In this document: positions 43,735 to 61,333 of the stretch, piece by piece
How the letters are laid out: each line of letters starts with the position of its first letter
Numbering within the stretch: the stretch's first letter is position 1
NCBI RefSeq assembly: GCF_009914755.1
Contig: NC_060930.1
Reading direction: 5' to 3' (one strand)
Source: the human T2T-CHM13v2.0 reference genome, Homo sapiens
DNA: 64,000 bases
Position numbers and translations under genes: made by a program
The notes under the pieces: model-generated
What the model was told of the DNA's origin: nothing
The model's input: the letters and a program-made list of their open reading frames with translations, nothing else
The model's database searches: none

Positions 43735-43915
43735 CAGAAGAGTATAGTGCTAAGTGCGAAGACCCTGAGAGAAGGTGTGTGAGTTCAAATCGTAGCCTCC
43801 CCACTGGTTAGTTGTGAGATCCTGAGTAAGTTGTTTAACCTTTCTGGGCCACAGTTTCCTTAGCTACATCATGGAGGTGATAATTGTACCCACCTGTGCA
43901 GACTGTGTGTGTTAG
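43735..43915 (+). mobile_element. MIR
   Basis: GAGTTCAAATC...TAAGTTGTTTAACCTTTCTGGGCCACAGTTTCCT. Confidence 0.75.
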
Positions 43916-45039
43916 CTCGCAAAATTCCATTTATTTCTGACTCCATCTCTCTTACTTGTTTTCCCCATGGCTAGAACTAAAGCACAATACTCAATATTGA
44001 GCCTTCCTTGCGGCTGGGGCTTTGAGGTCATGTAGGACAGTCTGGTCCTGGATGAAAATACCAGGGGATGTCTAAGAAAGCCTTTGCTTCCCTGATATGA
44101 AATAGTGATAAAGACGTACTGGTTCTCTATGAAGTTCAATGTGTGATGGCTAAGGTCATGCCCTGTGGCTTGTCACTCTCCAGTTGAGTCTTACAGAAAA
44201 ATCCATGAGCTGAGGTCCCTTAAGTACACTTTTCATTATCACAGTGTGGAAATGCCTAACCATGAGAGATAGTGGGCTGAATCTGAGCTCTGTGTGCCTA
44301 CAGAGTCCTCTCTGTCTACCTCCCCATCAATGCCTCCCTGCATGCACTGTGCCAAGAGATGATACAGTGTTTTATCCTCAGGCTGAGCTGCGGATCCCGT
44401 GAGCCCACGCAGAGCTCTGATGGAAGTGCTAATGCTTGAGCATCCGCTTTCTGACATTTTCTTGATAGGCCCATACGGAAAATTGGAAAAAACACTAAAA
44501 CAGTTTAAATACACAATAATGACTAGTGTCTTCAGGAGAAAACAAGAGAAATCTTTTGTAGTCATCCATGTAGCATTTTGTAGCATTCCCACTGTTGGCA
44601 TGATCCTAGCTGTGTACTTTCAACTCAAATGTGCCACTGGGCCATGGTATAAATTGCAGAAATTAAAGATGCTTCTGCCCTAGGCAAAATGGTTTCAGGC
44701 CTTTGCATGCCCTTTCTGGCACCTCTTATCTCCTCTCTTCCACCCTTCAGCTCACAGGGACTTCTGGCTGTCCAAATAGCCCCATTGTCACCAGCCTAGG
44801 CCTGTCCTATTCAGCAGTGCCCAGTGCCCTCAAATTGACTTTGTTCACAAGGTTCACCCAAACAGGCCTTCGGTTCCTCTCAAAACTTTATCCTTGGCTA
44901 GAGTTAATAGGTTAAACAAAATCGTTCTCAGGTATTGATGAGATTATAGCTAAAAGCATTGCAGATCCAAATAATTTATTTGTGGGTTAATAAGAACTCC
45001 CATAAAACATCTGAAGGAATCAGATTGGATACAAATAAC

Positions 45040-45515
45040 ATTTGTTGAATACCTATTATGAGCTAGCACCTCTTATCATGCTTGTATATTATTATGTGCA
45101 ATGAGGCTTTTGTATACGTCCATGTAATCTTCTCAACCAAATGATATGGGTATTGTTATCACTGAAGTACAAATGAAGAAGTAGTAAAGTTATACAGCTT
45201 TCATATAGCCAAGTGGTTTTGACTCCCAGTTCAGTGATATTTCTGTGTTGAAGGTGAAGTACGGTCTAATGGTTAAGTGAGGAATCTGGAGCCATCAACC
45301 CAATTTTGATACTGGCTTTGCTGCTAATTAACTGTGTGGCCTGGGACAAGTTATTTAATATCTTTGTGTCCTGTTTTCCTCAAATGTAAAGTGAAGATAA
45401 TAATCATTTGTAGCCCATAGGATAATTATGTGAGGATTTAATAAGGTGTTCTCTGTAAAGGGATTAGAGTAGTATCTGGCACCTAGTAAATGATCATCAA
45501 TGTGTTAATTATTAC
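45040..45515. mobile_element. Two MIRs (- about 45040-45240; + about 45255-45515)
   Basis: ATGGTTAAG...TCTGGAGCCA...ACAAGTTATTTAA...GTGAGGATTTAA...CTGGCACCTAGTAA. Confidence 0.75.
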
Positions 45516-46559
45516 TCTGGGCAACGGGCTTAGTGACTGGGCATTTTTGGATCTCTAAAACAATATAACATGTAAAACTATCTACCAGGTAATGCCTATA
45601 TGTAGATCTTTAAGAGATATGAGAACATGTTGCTAAAGGACTTTGTAGAATATTCTTCCAGGTACACTCATTATTCTCAGTATATGTGGGATGTTTTAGT
45701 TAAGCTATTCAGTGTAGGCTGGGAGAGAGAAGTATCACTTTTAAATAACCTTTCAGCCATGAGTCTGTGACTTCAGCTAGTCAATTAGCTTGTTTTCCAC
45801 AAGTGTTCCAGGACCTTCCAAAAAAATTTATGTGTCCTTTCCTGAGGTAACCATCTTGGCCTATTACACGTTTACATCCATGAAAAGTTTTTGAACCCAT
45901 CCTATATTGCTAAATTACAGTTGCATTGATCTTACATACATCACTTTTATGGCACAGACATCTAACTTAGGGTATAAATATCTCGTCCTGCTAATGTGCT
46001 TTGTGTGCAGTGTTAGAGAAGAACTTAACTGGGGGCTGGGAAGGCCTGTGTGGCATATTTCCTAGCATGCAGTGGTGTCCACCGTATTTGTTGCTGATGT
46101 GCTCTCGGATGATACCAAAGCTAACATTATCAGAGTAAGTCAACCTCCCTTACTTTAGCCTAAAAGGTATCCTCTCATCACTTAAATGTGTATCTGCAGA
46201 CACATGAGGTCGTGAAGACATTGTTGCAGCCAAGCGGCATCACAGAGAAGACCCCTATGATCTGTGCTTCAGAAATCCTACATCTATCAGCAAATTTGAG
46301 TTCAATTCAATCCAACAAACATCTATCAAAGAACTTTGCCCTGGAGGTTCTAGTTCTAAAAACAAAGTGGTATAAATAATGATAGCATAACTTATTCATT
46401 GTTCTAATTAGAAGTAATACAAAGAGCAATGATATAGGTTTGAAAGGGAACATGGGGAGTTGTCTTACCCAACTGCAAAATGCTAGCTAGCTCCAAAGCT
46501 AAGCAGTCCAATCAGGCAATATAGCAATCTCCTATTTAAGTAAAAATGAGAATGAGAGT

Positions 46560-46990
46560 ACCTTACATACATTGTCTCATTTAAGATCTGGACAATACAG
46601 GAAGGTGGTATTATTTTCATGCCTTTTTAGAAGAGTAAATGGATACTCAGAAGGTTACGTCACTGGCAAAAGGTCACAGAGCTAATAAACCAGTGAGCCA
46701 AGATTGAAGTTCTCAGACTGACTATGCAACACAAATTCTTAAACCCTCTATGCTGTTTATCTTTTATATGACTTCAGCTTTTGCTTTGTACTGCGGAAGA
46801 CACTACTTTTTTCAATGTCTCTTTTTGCCACTTCTTTTCATCCCATAACAATCAGGAGAAGTATAATAGTTGTTACTACTCTTATTTTAAATTGAGTAGA
46901 CTGAAGCTTAGAGACATTCAGTAATTTGCCTAAATCAGAAAGTTAGTTAAGACAAGAGCTTAAGTTGTAATCAATCTAATCCTAACTCTA
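46560..46990 (-). mobile_element. Two degenerate MIR fragments
   Basis: CTCAGAAGGTTACGTCACTGGCAAAAGGTCACAGAGCTA; ACTGAAGCTTAGAGACATTCAGTAATTTGCCTAA. Confidence 0.65.
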
Positions 46991-47186
46991 AACATATATA
47001 TAAAATGTATATTTTTATATATAAAAACATTAATTTTAATATATTTTCTATATTATATATTTATATTTTTATAAAACATGTTTAGAAATATATTTTATAA
47101 AATATTTATATTTTTATATAAAAATTTTATATTTTATAAGCATATATACTTTAGGTATATATTTTTTAATACAAAATATATTTTTA
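46990..47186. repeat. AT-rich low-complexity tract with short palindromes
   Basis: Almost all A/T; contains TATTTTATAAAATA. Confidence 0.9.
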
Positions 47187-47809
47187 GTGAAAAGAATGTC
47201 ATTATTACATTTATAAAATAATCCAAGTTTGTGTTTGTTGTCTCTATTTACTTTTTGTGGGTCCTGATCCAAATTTTATGAGGTGGTCCTTCATCTCCAG
47301 CTAATCAGGACTCTCACTGAGAAATCTAATCCAATAATTAATTTATTCCATGGTGTTATAATTAATATCAGGAGTCAGGCTTTACGAAAGGAATGTATAC
47401 CTGCTGGTAAAATTCCAGGCACTCAAAGTTATTTTGGACTGGAGACTCTTCTTGGTCCACCTCAAAAAAGTGTAGAAATACCCTGCCCAATTCTCAGTCT
47501 GTACCACCGTAATTTACTCCCATGACTTGACACTCCATTTGCAGACTCAGCCCACCCCAATCTCTAATACCTCAAGTCTGGCTGCTTCTATGGCTCTGAT
47601 CTGGTGCCGAGTTCTTACCACTGGGTGTCTACCTGCCCCTCAGAAACAGGCACCCCCCAAAACCACACAACATGCATTTGCCTAAATGGTCTTTCTGTCC
47701 TGCAAACTATGTAATTCCTCTCGTCTGGACCTTGAACCTTCCTACCTTGGAAAGTTCTACCCTATTAACAATGAACAAAGTGCTGACAAGAAGCTGAACC
47801 TTGCTGTCT

Positions 47810-48392
47810 GGTGCATTCATTCCCTATGCTGTGTGACAAATTATTAGAATCTTATCAGCTTAAAACAATACACATTTCTTAGGGGACAGTGCCTGTAGGT
47901 TGGAAGTCTAGGCACAGCTTCGTTAGGTTCTCAGCCTCAGAGTCTTCCTAGGCTTTAATCTAGGTATTGACCTGCACTGTGTTCTCCTCAGAGACTCAAC
48001 AGGGAAAGACCTGCTTCCAAGCTCTCTAAAATTATTGGCAGAATTCATCTGCTTGTACTGCAGGAATGAGGTCACAGTTTTCTTACTGGCTGTTGGCTGG
48101 AGCAACTCTCAGTTCCTAGAGGGATCTCTAGCTTTTTGTCATGCAACCTTCTGCATAGGCCCCCTCTCAACATGGCAGCTCACATCTTCAAAGCCAGCAA
48201 GGAAGAATATTTTGCTTCGACCTATTTAGACAGAGTCCTATGTACTGTAACCTAATCACGGGAATGCCATCCCATCACCTTTGCCATATTGTGTCAGTTA
48301 GAAGCAAGGCACAGGTTCTGTCTGGATTCAAGGGGAGAGGGCTATACAAGGGCATGACTCATTGGGTGTCATCTCAGGGTGTGACTGACACA
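47810..48392 (-). mobile_element. MLT1 (D/E-like) MaLR LTR
   Basis: GCTTAAAACAATACACATTT, CTGCTTCCAAGCTC, TTGGCAGAATTCA, CATCCCATCACCTTTGCCATATT. Confidence 0.85.
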
Positions 48393-49231
48393 CCTAGTAA
48401 CGGCTTTCTTCAATACCTAAGACTATTCATGTGAACTGCTCGGAACTGTTACTTTGAGATCTCAATTTTCCCTCTTTGTAATCTGCCCATTTGACGGCTG
48501 AGTTGGAATAAGCACGGGCCAGATAGGCAACAGGATGAGGCAATGATCTCTACTGGGAGCTAAGCATCACTGAATTAATTATAAATATGAAGCAGGTAAA
48601 CTTTAATTTTTACATGTGATTTCTTATATAACAATTGAAATGTAATGAGAACCCCCATCGAAATAGATTACCAAACTTTAATGAAAATTTTTGAAAGCTT
48701 TTCATCTATTCAGACCTAGCCAAATAAAATTTCAATGCACAAGTAAGAGTGACAAGTGGTTAATTCCCCTGCCCTGAGTAACAGCCTCTTAACTGGCACT
48801 TGATATCAAGCGAAATTCTGAAACCAAATAATGCTTGACTTACTGCAATTTGTCATTAATAACTAATTTCTTTGAGTATGTTTTAAGCCATTTTATTGAC
48901 CCTTCAAATATTCGTCTATTGTACGAAATTGTTGTTTTAGGCTTATTCCTAATAAAATGTTATTTTACGTTAGGTGCATGTCGTGATTTTCTTATTTTGA
49001 AGATTAAATATTTTTGTTAACAGACAATAAGTTTTCCCCGGTCCCCTAAATAAATATTTAAATATTTACAAAGATTTAAATATGTTGCTTTCAGGGGCAT
49101 CAAACTCTCACTCTGACTAGGATGTTTGTAAGTTTCCATAGTGCCATGCCTGTTAGGAACTACTTTTCTTACTTACTCATTTTTTTCTTTGAACTTCTAC
49201 AAACTTTAATCTGATGCTGTGCCATAAACTA

Positions 49232-49674
<443 letters not shown>

Positions 49675-50104
49675 GAGTTATTCAGTTTCTTATTACCAAT
49701 TGCTTGCTTAAGTTGCCACATGTTGGTTATTGTACCTCTTTGGTCCCTATAGTATTTACTACTCTGTTTGTCTTAACTTGCCTCACCTAGTTGCAGGTTT
49801 AGCTCATGAGACTTTGCCCATGCTCTTGTTCTGAGTCGTGATTGGAGAGCATATCTTGACTGACATTTTATAGTGCCTTACCATTTATAAGCACTTTACC
49901 ATGCTTCCTCTCTTTTGCTCTCCACAATGACTCTGGGAGACAGTGTATTTTCAAACCTTGCCTATGATGGACTTCATTTAGATGGGAAGACGGAAATAAT
50001 ATGCTTTGTAATTAACTCTTGTGTCTTTTTATGGAGCAGCAGTGAGCCCTAGAACTGGCCACTCTGTGATTTAACTTTTCTGATATTAAACTGACCTAAA
50101 TTCC

Positions 50105-50333
50105 AGGAGATCGAGACCATCCTGGCTAACACAGTGAAACCCCGTCTCTACTAAAAATAGAAAAAATTAGCCGGGTGTGGTGGCGGGCGCCTGTAGTCCC
50201 AGCTACTCAGGCAGGAGAATGGCGTGAACCCGGGAGGCGGAGCTTGCAGTGAGCCGAGATGCGCCACTGCACTCCAGCCTGGGCGACAGAGCAAGACTCC
50301 GTCTAAAAAAAAAAATAAAAATAAATAAAAAAA
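50105..50333 (+). mobile_element. AluY, 5'-truncated, CpG-rich
   Basis: GAGATCGAGACCATCCTGGCTAAC; 15-bp TSD TAAACTGACCTAAAT at 50087-50101 and 50334-50348. Confidence 0.96.
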
Positions 50334-50831
50334 TAAACTGACCTAAATCCTTGGTAATATCAGTACGTCCAAACTTGTCACAGGTTGAGGGATATAGACT
50401 CAAATAAACCATATCTTGACCCCATCTAATCACACTGAAACTCATCTCTGCTCATCTTAGCAAGATTGGTGAGTAATGGTTTTTAAAATTTTTATTTTCA
50501 CATGACATTAACGATAAGATAATTTAAAAAATTATTTTGGGTGAATAAAAATGTGCATAGATAACAAGTTTAGAATCTTTTACATTCTACCAAAGTAGTA
50601 AATTGGAGATTAGAAATGGAGCTAAAACTGATAAAGGATGGAGTTAGACGTAGAATGGGAAAAATATAGATCAGCTGAAGCAAGTTATTAGGAAAGAGGA
50701 GGCTAAGCAAATTCAACTTGCCCAGACCTGTCAGGCTGTCAGAAGTACTTTTTCCTGCTAGATATGATATAATGTGATTCATACAGAATGTATGAATTAG
50801 TGTTTTCAAACCTGCACATGCTCTGCTTTCA

Positions 50832-50884
50832 TTCTCTCTCTCTCTGTCTCTCGTACACACACACACATATACACACACACACAG
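50832..50884. repeat. (TC)n-(CA)n microsatellite
   Basis: Directly visible. Confidence 0.88.
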
Positions 50885-51387
50885 AGTCATTTACATATTA
50901 AGATTTTGTGTAATTCAAAAACACATTACTATCAGAATGAAACTACAAATTCACTAAAACCTCAGATTCTATTAATTAAATCTTTCAACAATTTTCATTG
51001 TCAAATATATGATTTTTTCTATGTTTTATGTTCTGTGGTAGATGCTGTTGGGTATAGAAAGGTGAATAAGAAACTATTCTAGCTCTCATCTATACAAATA
51101 TATTTCCTTTATTTATATACTTATTCTATAAGCTTTTTTCTATTAATTTTTTTATTTTTATTTTTTAACTTTTTGGTTAAAAATGAAGACACACACACAT
51201 GAACCTAGGCCTACAGAGGGTCAGGATCATCAATATCACTGTCTTTGACCTTCACATCTTGTCCCACTGGGAGGTCTTCAGGGGCAATAACATGCGTGGA
51301 GCTGTCATCTCCTGTGATAACAATGCCTTCTTCTGGAATCCCTACCTCCTGGAGGACCTGCCTGAGGCTATTTTACAGTTAACTTAA

Positions 51388-52048
<661 letters not shown>

Positions 52049-52439
52049 TATATATTTATAAAAATATATTTTTTAATATCTATCTATCTATATAGAAAGA
52101 ATACATTCTAAAATAACACTAAGTAGAGTAGTACATACATAAACAAGCAGCATGGCCATTTATTATCATTATCAAGTATTATTTACTGTACATAATTGTA
52201 TGTGCTAGACTTTTATAAGACTGGTAACACAGTAGGTTTGTTTAGCCAGCCTCACTAAAAACACATGAGTAATGCGTTATACTACTGCATTACAAGGACT
52301 ATGACATCACTAGGCAATAGGAATTTTCCAGCTTCATTAAAATCTTGTGGGAGCATCATTGTATATGCTGTTTATGGTTAACCAAAACATCATTTTATGC
52401 TGTGTGACTGTGTCTCTATAGATTTACAGTTAACCATTC

Positions 52440-53678
<1,239 letters not shown>

Positions 53679-55164
53679 TAATAAACCAAGTATCAGTAAT
53701 TTCTACCTTCAGGGCCTATTACAAATCTGTGTGATTCAGAGTTGTTTAATAAAGCAGGGGAGAGCAGTGAAAACATTTTATCAAAATACTATAGTATTTT
53801 ATAGAAAATTAAATGAAAGACAATATTTTGAAAATAGGATAGATTCCAATGGAATTTGCCAGTAGAAAGTAATACCAGTAAGATTTTTGCTGAGATACGA
53901 GTGTTCATTGTGGAAGTTGCATAAACATTATATATACCTTTCTTTTTCTGTTTTTTTTTCCCATCTCCTTCCCTTGCTCCTTCCCTGATTTCCTCCTTCT
54001 CTCCCTTCCTTTAGGTTTTCCCTTCATTTTTTTCTTTTCTTCATTCATTTTCCATGCTCTCATTGAATTATTATGTCAGTACTTTCCCAAATATTAAGCA
54101 CTGTGCTTTCTTCATCATTACATATTTATTGGATAATTCTAAAAACCCATTAAAGAAAGTCCATTTTGACATTTTTTTCCTTATTGAATTATACATAGCC
54201 ATATGCAAACTTATTCTAAACAAAAAGCAGTGAGTCCAGTGAGTGAATAAGATAGTTAGTGTGTCAACATTGCAGCCTAAATGAATTGAAGTCAAGGACG
54301 CAGCCATCTTTATGCCTCAGCTCACTTTTGTTTCTCTGTGGACTCTGCTTCTGAAGTCTGGTCTTAAAATTTTATCGTGATGTTTCTGCGTCCATCATGA
54401 AGAGGCCTTTCCTTTCCTGTTTGACTGTTTTGTCTTGAGAATTATAGCATCTAATCCAGTGTCATAAACTCAGATATTCTGAGAATTTTAAGGGGTGGCC
54501 GGGGAGTGATGACTGAATAACTCCACTGGGTTGAATACAGTCAGTGTGTGAGATGTACACAGCCCTGCGTATAAGGCATTCATCTGGGGCTGTGATGTTA
54601 TGGAACCATATTATTCTGTGTAGTGATGACAGGCGGGTGCTAAAGTTTCCTTCCTGAAGCAATTTCCGATTCCATTATAAATTTAACCAGAAAACCCAAA
54701 TCTTACATGCATTCTTTCAGGATAAGTAAAAGAAGCCTTTTTTCAGTTTGCAACCAGAATACAATATGTCCTGGCAGACAAGGTGGCAGAAAGTGAGTCC
54801 TGTGCTATGCAGAAGGTATCATAACACTAGCAAGTAGGTGGTGAGGAGTGGATGCATGCAATTCTAAATTTTCTTCAGAAAATGTCAAATACTTGCACAG
54901 AGCCTCAGTGAGGCATTTGACTTTGCATCAGCTGACTCCAAATCAGGCATGTAATGTACACCTTTCCTTCCATCCTCTTCTGTAATTGAAAATGCTAGAG
55001 AAAAGAGGCTTATCCTGTGGGAGGAACCACATTTGTTTGATAAATCTCTGACATTGATTTTCTCTGCTTCTTACTATTAAAAACATGAAACGTGGTTGTT
55101 TCTGTGTTTCAAAACATTCACGTATTAAACACTGAACTTAAAAACATTAAAACATGTATTTCAG

Positions 55165-55650
55165 TTTAGTTCCTTCATTTAAACATTGATTACCTAAAAC
55201 TTCACTATGAAGAACTTTCTTGGTCTCATGAGCCTTGTACATGCTCTATTATCCATAATACTCTCACATATTGCCAATCATCATTCCCTCCCATTTATTG
55301 CTTTTTATCTAGTCCTTTATTCATTTGACATATGTCAGAGCTATTATATGTCAGCAACTATACTGCATCCAAAGAAAGATGAAACAGAACCAGAAAGAGT
55401 CTCTACCCTCATGGGGTAGACAGTCTAGTGAGAGCAGTCAGCAGTCAAATATTCCATGAATAAATATAAAACTGTGACTGCTATGGGAAGAAGTACATGA
55501 TACAGAGAGAAATATACAAGGAGAGTATACTGTCAGGAAGATCAAGATGGTATCTCCAAATAAGTGAATCTGGAACTGAAGATATTCAAGGAAGGTAAGC
55601 ATTAACTAGATGAGGAGGGAAAACTATTTTAGACAGAAGGAACAGCATTT
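55165..55650 (-). mobile_element. L2 fragments
   Basis: TTCATTTGACATATG...CTACCCTCATGG...AGACAGAAGGAACAGCA. Confidence 0.6.
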
Positions 55651-55663
55651 ATTTGATTTTAAA

Positions 55664-55740
55664 TACAGATGCTCCTCAATTTACCATGGGGTTATGTCCT
55701 GATAAGCCCACCCTAAAGTCATTGTAAGTCAGTAACTATC
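55664..55740. mobile_element. Tigger4/MER46-like terminal fragment
   Basis: TACAGATGCTCCTCAATTTACCATGGGGTTATGTCCTGATAAGCCCA. Confidence 0.7.
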
Positions 55741-55759
55741 TTACTTGTTTCTGATGTAG

Positions 55760-56327
<568 letters not shown>

Positions 56328-56591
56328 TGTGGCCTGTTTTAAGAACAATAAAGTGAGCTGAAATCACTAGTTGTGTTTTATTTATTTTCTTTTCCACTTT
56401 CTTCAGATCAATTGTACTAAATACAAACCTCTTCCCTTAGCTATTAAGAAAAAAGGGACTCAGAAATCAGGAAATATGCCATCCTACTGTAGGCTATAGA
56501 GGAAATGTTTTGGGGAAAAGAAAACTTCTTGATTTTTCAATATCTGCTTTGTTCTATTAATTTACTGTCCACTTTTTCTTTTCTGTGTTAC

Positions 56592-57168
56592 TGATGGGGT
56601 TCAGGACATACTACTCCAAAATACAGCAACTTGGAACTTGAAAAAAAGCAGAAGCAGGAAGGTCTCCATTGTCTTCCCCTTGGCCTTCTCCCCTGAAGCA
56701 GGTCACAAGGCCCTCATTGCAGAGGTGCCCTCCCTATACCTGGAGGAAAGGAACACACGTATCTCTGAAGATTCAGGGACACAGAGAAGAATCTGTGTCT
56801 TCTTTGAGGAAGACATTCATAGATTCTGTCTTCTGTGATTGAAGGCAGAATCCGTGTCTGTCTTCTTCAAACAGGCCTTGCTAGGTACCCCCAGTTATTA
56901 CCAATAGACCCCCATATTTGTCCAGTCATGCTTTTCCATGACTGTCCACTTTATCAAACCTAGCATAAAAATACATAGATTTTCCTGCTTTTTTTTTTTT
57001 TTTTGGCTGGCAGGGTGAGGGCTACTTTCCTTTTGAAGGCCCCTGTGTCACATAAAACTTATATTAAATAAATTTGTATGTTCTTCTCTTGCTAACCTGT
57101 CTTTTGTTATAGCTGCCTCAGCTGTGAGCCTACAAATAGGTGAGGAAAGAAATCTTTTTCCTCCCAGA
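56592..57168 (+). mobile_element. ERV solo LTR (LTR47-like) with an internal hairpin-rich insertion
   Basis: TGATGGGGTTCAGGACATACTACTCCAAAATA start, GAGGTGCCCTCCCTATACCTGGAGGAAAGGAAC, AATAAATTTGTATG poly(A) region. Confidence 0.75.
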
Positions 57169-57267
57169 AGTGCTTTAGAATATTGAACCCAATTTCCTCT
57201 CAAAAATCTGATATACCTTGGTTATTTTTGATTGTCATTATTTTTATTGTCATTTAAGAATATAAGA

Positions 57268-57787
57268 TTGGGGTAGATTAGTTGTATTAATGACTCCAAT
57301 TCTTCACCCCTCCCTGTGGCCATGCTTTGGGCTATGTGACTTGGCAGTTCTCACTACAAGGGTGGAGGCTATTTCCCTATCCTTGAATCTGAGCTGGGCT
57401 TGCAACTTGCTTTGGCTAATGAGACTTACTTAGCAGACACAGCACAAGCAGAGCTGGAAAACACCCTGTGTATTTCTGCTGGCCTCTTGCTCCTCTGAAA
57501 TTGTCAGGAGAACATGCCCAGGCTAGCCTGCTGGAAGGCAAGCCACGTGGGGGAAAGTCAGATCATCTCAGTTGTCCTGACTGATGCCATCCTCATTACC
57601 AGCAGAGGGGTGAACTACAGACATGCTAGTGAACCCAGCTAAGACCAGAACTGTCTGGCCAACCCTGTCTGAGCCCACCAAAATCGCTGACCTGGAGGCT
57701 TGTCAGCAAAGTGCTTATTGTTTTAAACCATTGAGTTTTGGGGTGATTTGTTATGCAGCATTGTTGTGGCAATAGAAAACTGATACA
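57268..57787 (+). mobile_element. MLT1 (F/G-like) MaLR LTR
   Basis: CCTTGAATCTGAGCTGG...ACTTGCTTTGGC, terminal TTTGTTATGCAGCA...AACTGATACA. Confidence 0.85.
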
Positions 57788-57801
57788 AGGCTAAGTTCTA
57801 A

Positions 57802-58168
<367 letters not shown>

Positions 58169-58242
58169 TGATTTCTTCATAATTTTCTTCAGTTATACGT
58201 ATTTGTATGTCTAATGGAAGCCAATGGGAAAATTGTAAAACA

Positions 58243-58547
<305 letters not shown>

Positions 58548-60676
58548 TTAGTAACTTTTCAAGAGACTTTATATTCCATGAAATGTGATATACCTAGTGT
58601 TGAACACTGGACGTTTCAGGGGAAAAAACTTCCGCTTTTCCCCATAAATATGAGAAAATACATAGTTTGTTCCAATGATTTCTTTTGTTTACCTGTGAAG
58701 AAATTGAGATGACCACATGACTATGTTCTAGAAATGAAAATGCCATATGGGGAGAGCACAACCATTTGCTTTTTAATGACAGGTGCATAAAACTATGCTG
58801 GTTCGAAACATTATTGCATATAAACCCATGTTACTTTTGTTAGTTATAAAGAAGGTTTCTCATAGTCCTACTCTTTTAGAAAGGTATCTGCCTTCTTAAG
58901 CATGGAAACATGACTGCAGTGCCAAGTTTGACAGCTGATTCTGTATAACCACTTAATTCCACATCCTTGGAAGGAAGTGACTCTAAAAACAAACAAATGG
59001 ACACGCTCTGAGTTATACAAGTAAGCGTGGCATACATAACCAGCAAAATCACCATTGTTTGAGTATTACTTACATCTTTAACTAGTTTATATTAAAGACA
59101 GTTGTGAGTTTATTAAGAGAACATTAGGTTTAATTGGGATTTTTTTTTCTAGCTACTCACATGGCCTTCTCTCTGCCATGAGTCCTAGAAGATGGGAAAA
59201 CTGCCTAAGCAGTAAAGCCCTCCAGCTCTCAGGGAAAAGGTAGCAGAAGGAGAATATAGGGGAAGGAGGCCATGGGATATGTGAGAGTTCCTGGCTGACT
59301 TTGAGGGTTGCTTTATTTTAACACAGCCCATGCTATGTAGGTCATGGCAATTGAATATATAAAGGTGGCCTGCTTCTCCGAGGAGTGATTCCCTTTATCC
59401 CGCACACCATCTCTGTGGGATATACATCAATTTACAGTGTCTTTAGTAGTTAGTCAAAGATTCATCTTCATCTTTCGGTAATGTTGAAGCGATTGTTTCA
59501 TAGACTATGCCTATGAGAGAACAGCATACAACATTTAAGATGATTCCTTCAAAGAAATTTTACTGGCTTGAGAAAAGTTTTATTATATCCATGAACAAGG
59601 CCAATTAATGGTATTATCATGATTATATTGCATTTGCATTTATTTATTTGTCCTATGAGAAAGATCAGAGACATGTATACCAGAGTGGTTTTCTCTGTGT
59701 GGCAGGTTTATCACTATTTCATTAATCTTTTGTGTAACGTTTTGAATTTTCCAATTTGGGAAAGTAAATATATAAGAATATATTATTAGAAAAATCAAAA
59801 TATTAATTAAAATATTCTGGTTTAAGGTACACTTTGAGGACAAGGAATGTGTCTTATTTATTTCTAAATTCCTAACACTTCAGTACTCGGTGCTTGGGAG
59901 GTGGTAGGGGAAAAAATGTCAAAAAACCACATTTGATGAATGAGTGACTGAAGTCGGATTCAGCAGGTTGAATAGGGCCTCAGTTGATGAGACAGAACAC
60001 CAGTGTTATCTTAAGGTGCAGTTATTAAAAAGCAGGAAATATTTTTTAATAGTTACTGTCATTCTTATTCTAAAATAAATAGCTACCTAGGAAACACTTT
60101 CATCAGACAGTTGATAACCATTGGATTGTCTCTTGCTCTTTTTAAAAAATTTGTATGACAAGCATAATTATTTCTGAATCCAGCATTTTCCTGTCATACT
60201 CTAATAAGTATACAATATAAGAGGGACTGTGAATAACCCAAAGAGAACCAAGGAAGCATTTATTCCTATTTTGATGAAAATTTCATTCCTTTCCTACAAG
60301 AAGTGTTCCTTGATTACTGCAATGACTTTTCTACTTAACTGTCTTCACTACCTATTGTCATTCAGCCAAACAATATGCCAAAATCATACTTTGTTTTCCA
60401 TCTGTTCACTTTGGTGTGGTTCCCCCAGGCAGGAGTCATGGCATAGAACTTTATTTTTCTATCATAAAGTGGAAGCTCGTCTGTGGACTAACATGCATGC
60501 AGTGGCTTTGCTATGCATAGAGCATTCATGTGAGCGTTTTGCATGTGTTGGCTCATACCATTCTCTCAACAGCCACAGGAAGCATGTGATTCTTCTTCCT
60601 GTTTTCCAGATGAGAAAGCTGGACAGAGAGGTTAAGGATCTTGCCAAGGTCACATAGCTCATAAAGAGTAGAGCTA

Positions 60677-60940
<264 letters not shown>

Positions 60941-61333
60941 TCAAAGTCCCTTCTCTTAATCACAAGTTTATATAGCCTCTTTAATATTAGAAAGTGCTTA
61001 GCAATGTGTGCCAGTTGCTTAGAAAGAAGGCCCAGGTAACTCTGTGATTCCAAAATCATCTTAGACTATAAATGGAGAAAAGTCATAGTATTTCTGATAT
61101 GTTTGATAGGAAACTTTGAAAGATTAGTTTTAGTTTAAATGAGAAATAACAAGCAAATGACAAGTTAGTTATTGTTTGAATTACTCAGGGGAATATGAGA
61201 AGCTGTACCTTTGGGATGAGTGTGTTTATGAGTATACATTACACCACCTGCTTGTGCTAGTGGGAGGAGTAAACATTTCTGCCCGCTTTTCTTAATTCTA
61301 CATTTTGTTTTGGTTTTTATTTTGCAATTCTAG

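Noticed and set aside
54500-54660. Two GTGATGA box C-like motifs with CTGA and an 8-bp stem (CACAGCCC/GGGCTGTG)
   Set aside because: Box spacing and terminal stems do not fit a C/D snoRNA, and I recognise no rRNA or snRNA antisense element.
56788-56868. ~32-nt periodic palindromic units, superficially CRISPR-like
   Set aside because: Eukaryotic LTR context, only about 2.5 degenerate units and no unique spacers; better explained as a fold-back insertion.
59356-59364. TATATAAAG TATA-like motif
   Set aside because: No clear initiator at about +30 or supporting motif cluster; frequent in AT-rich DNA.
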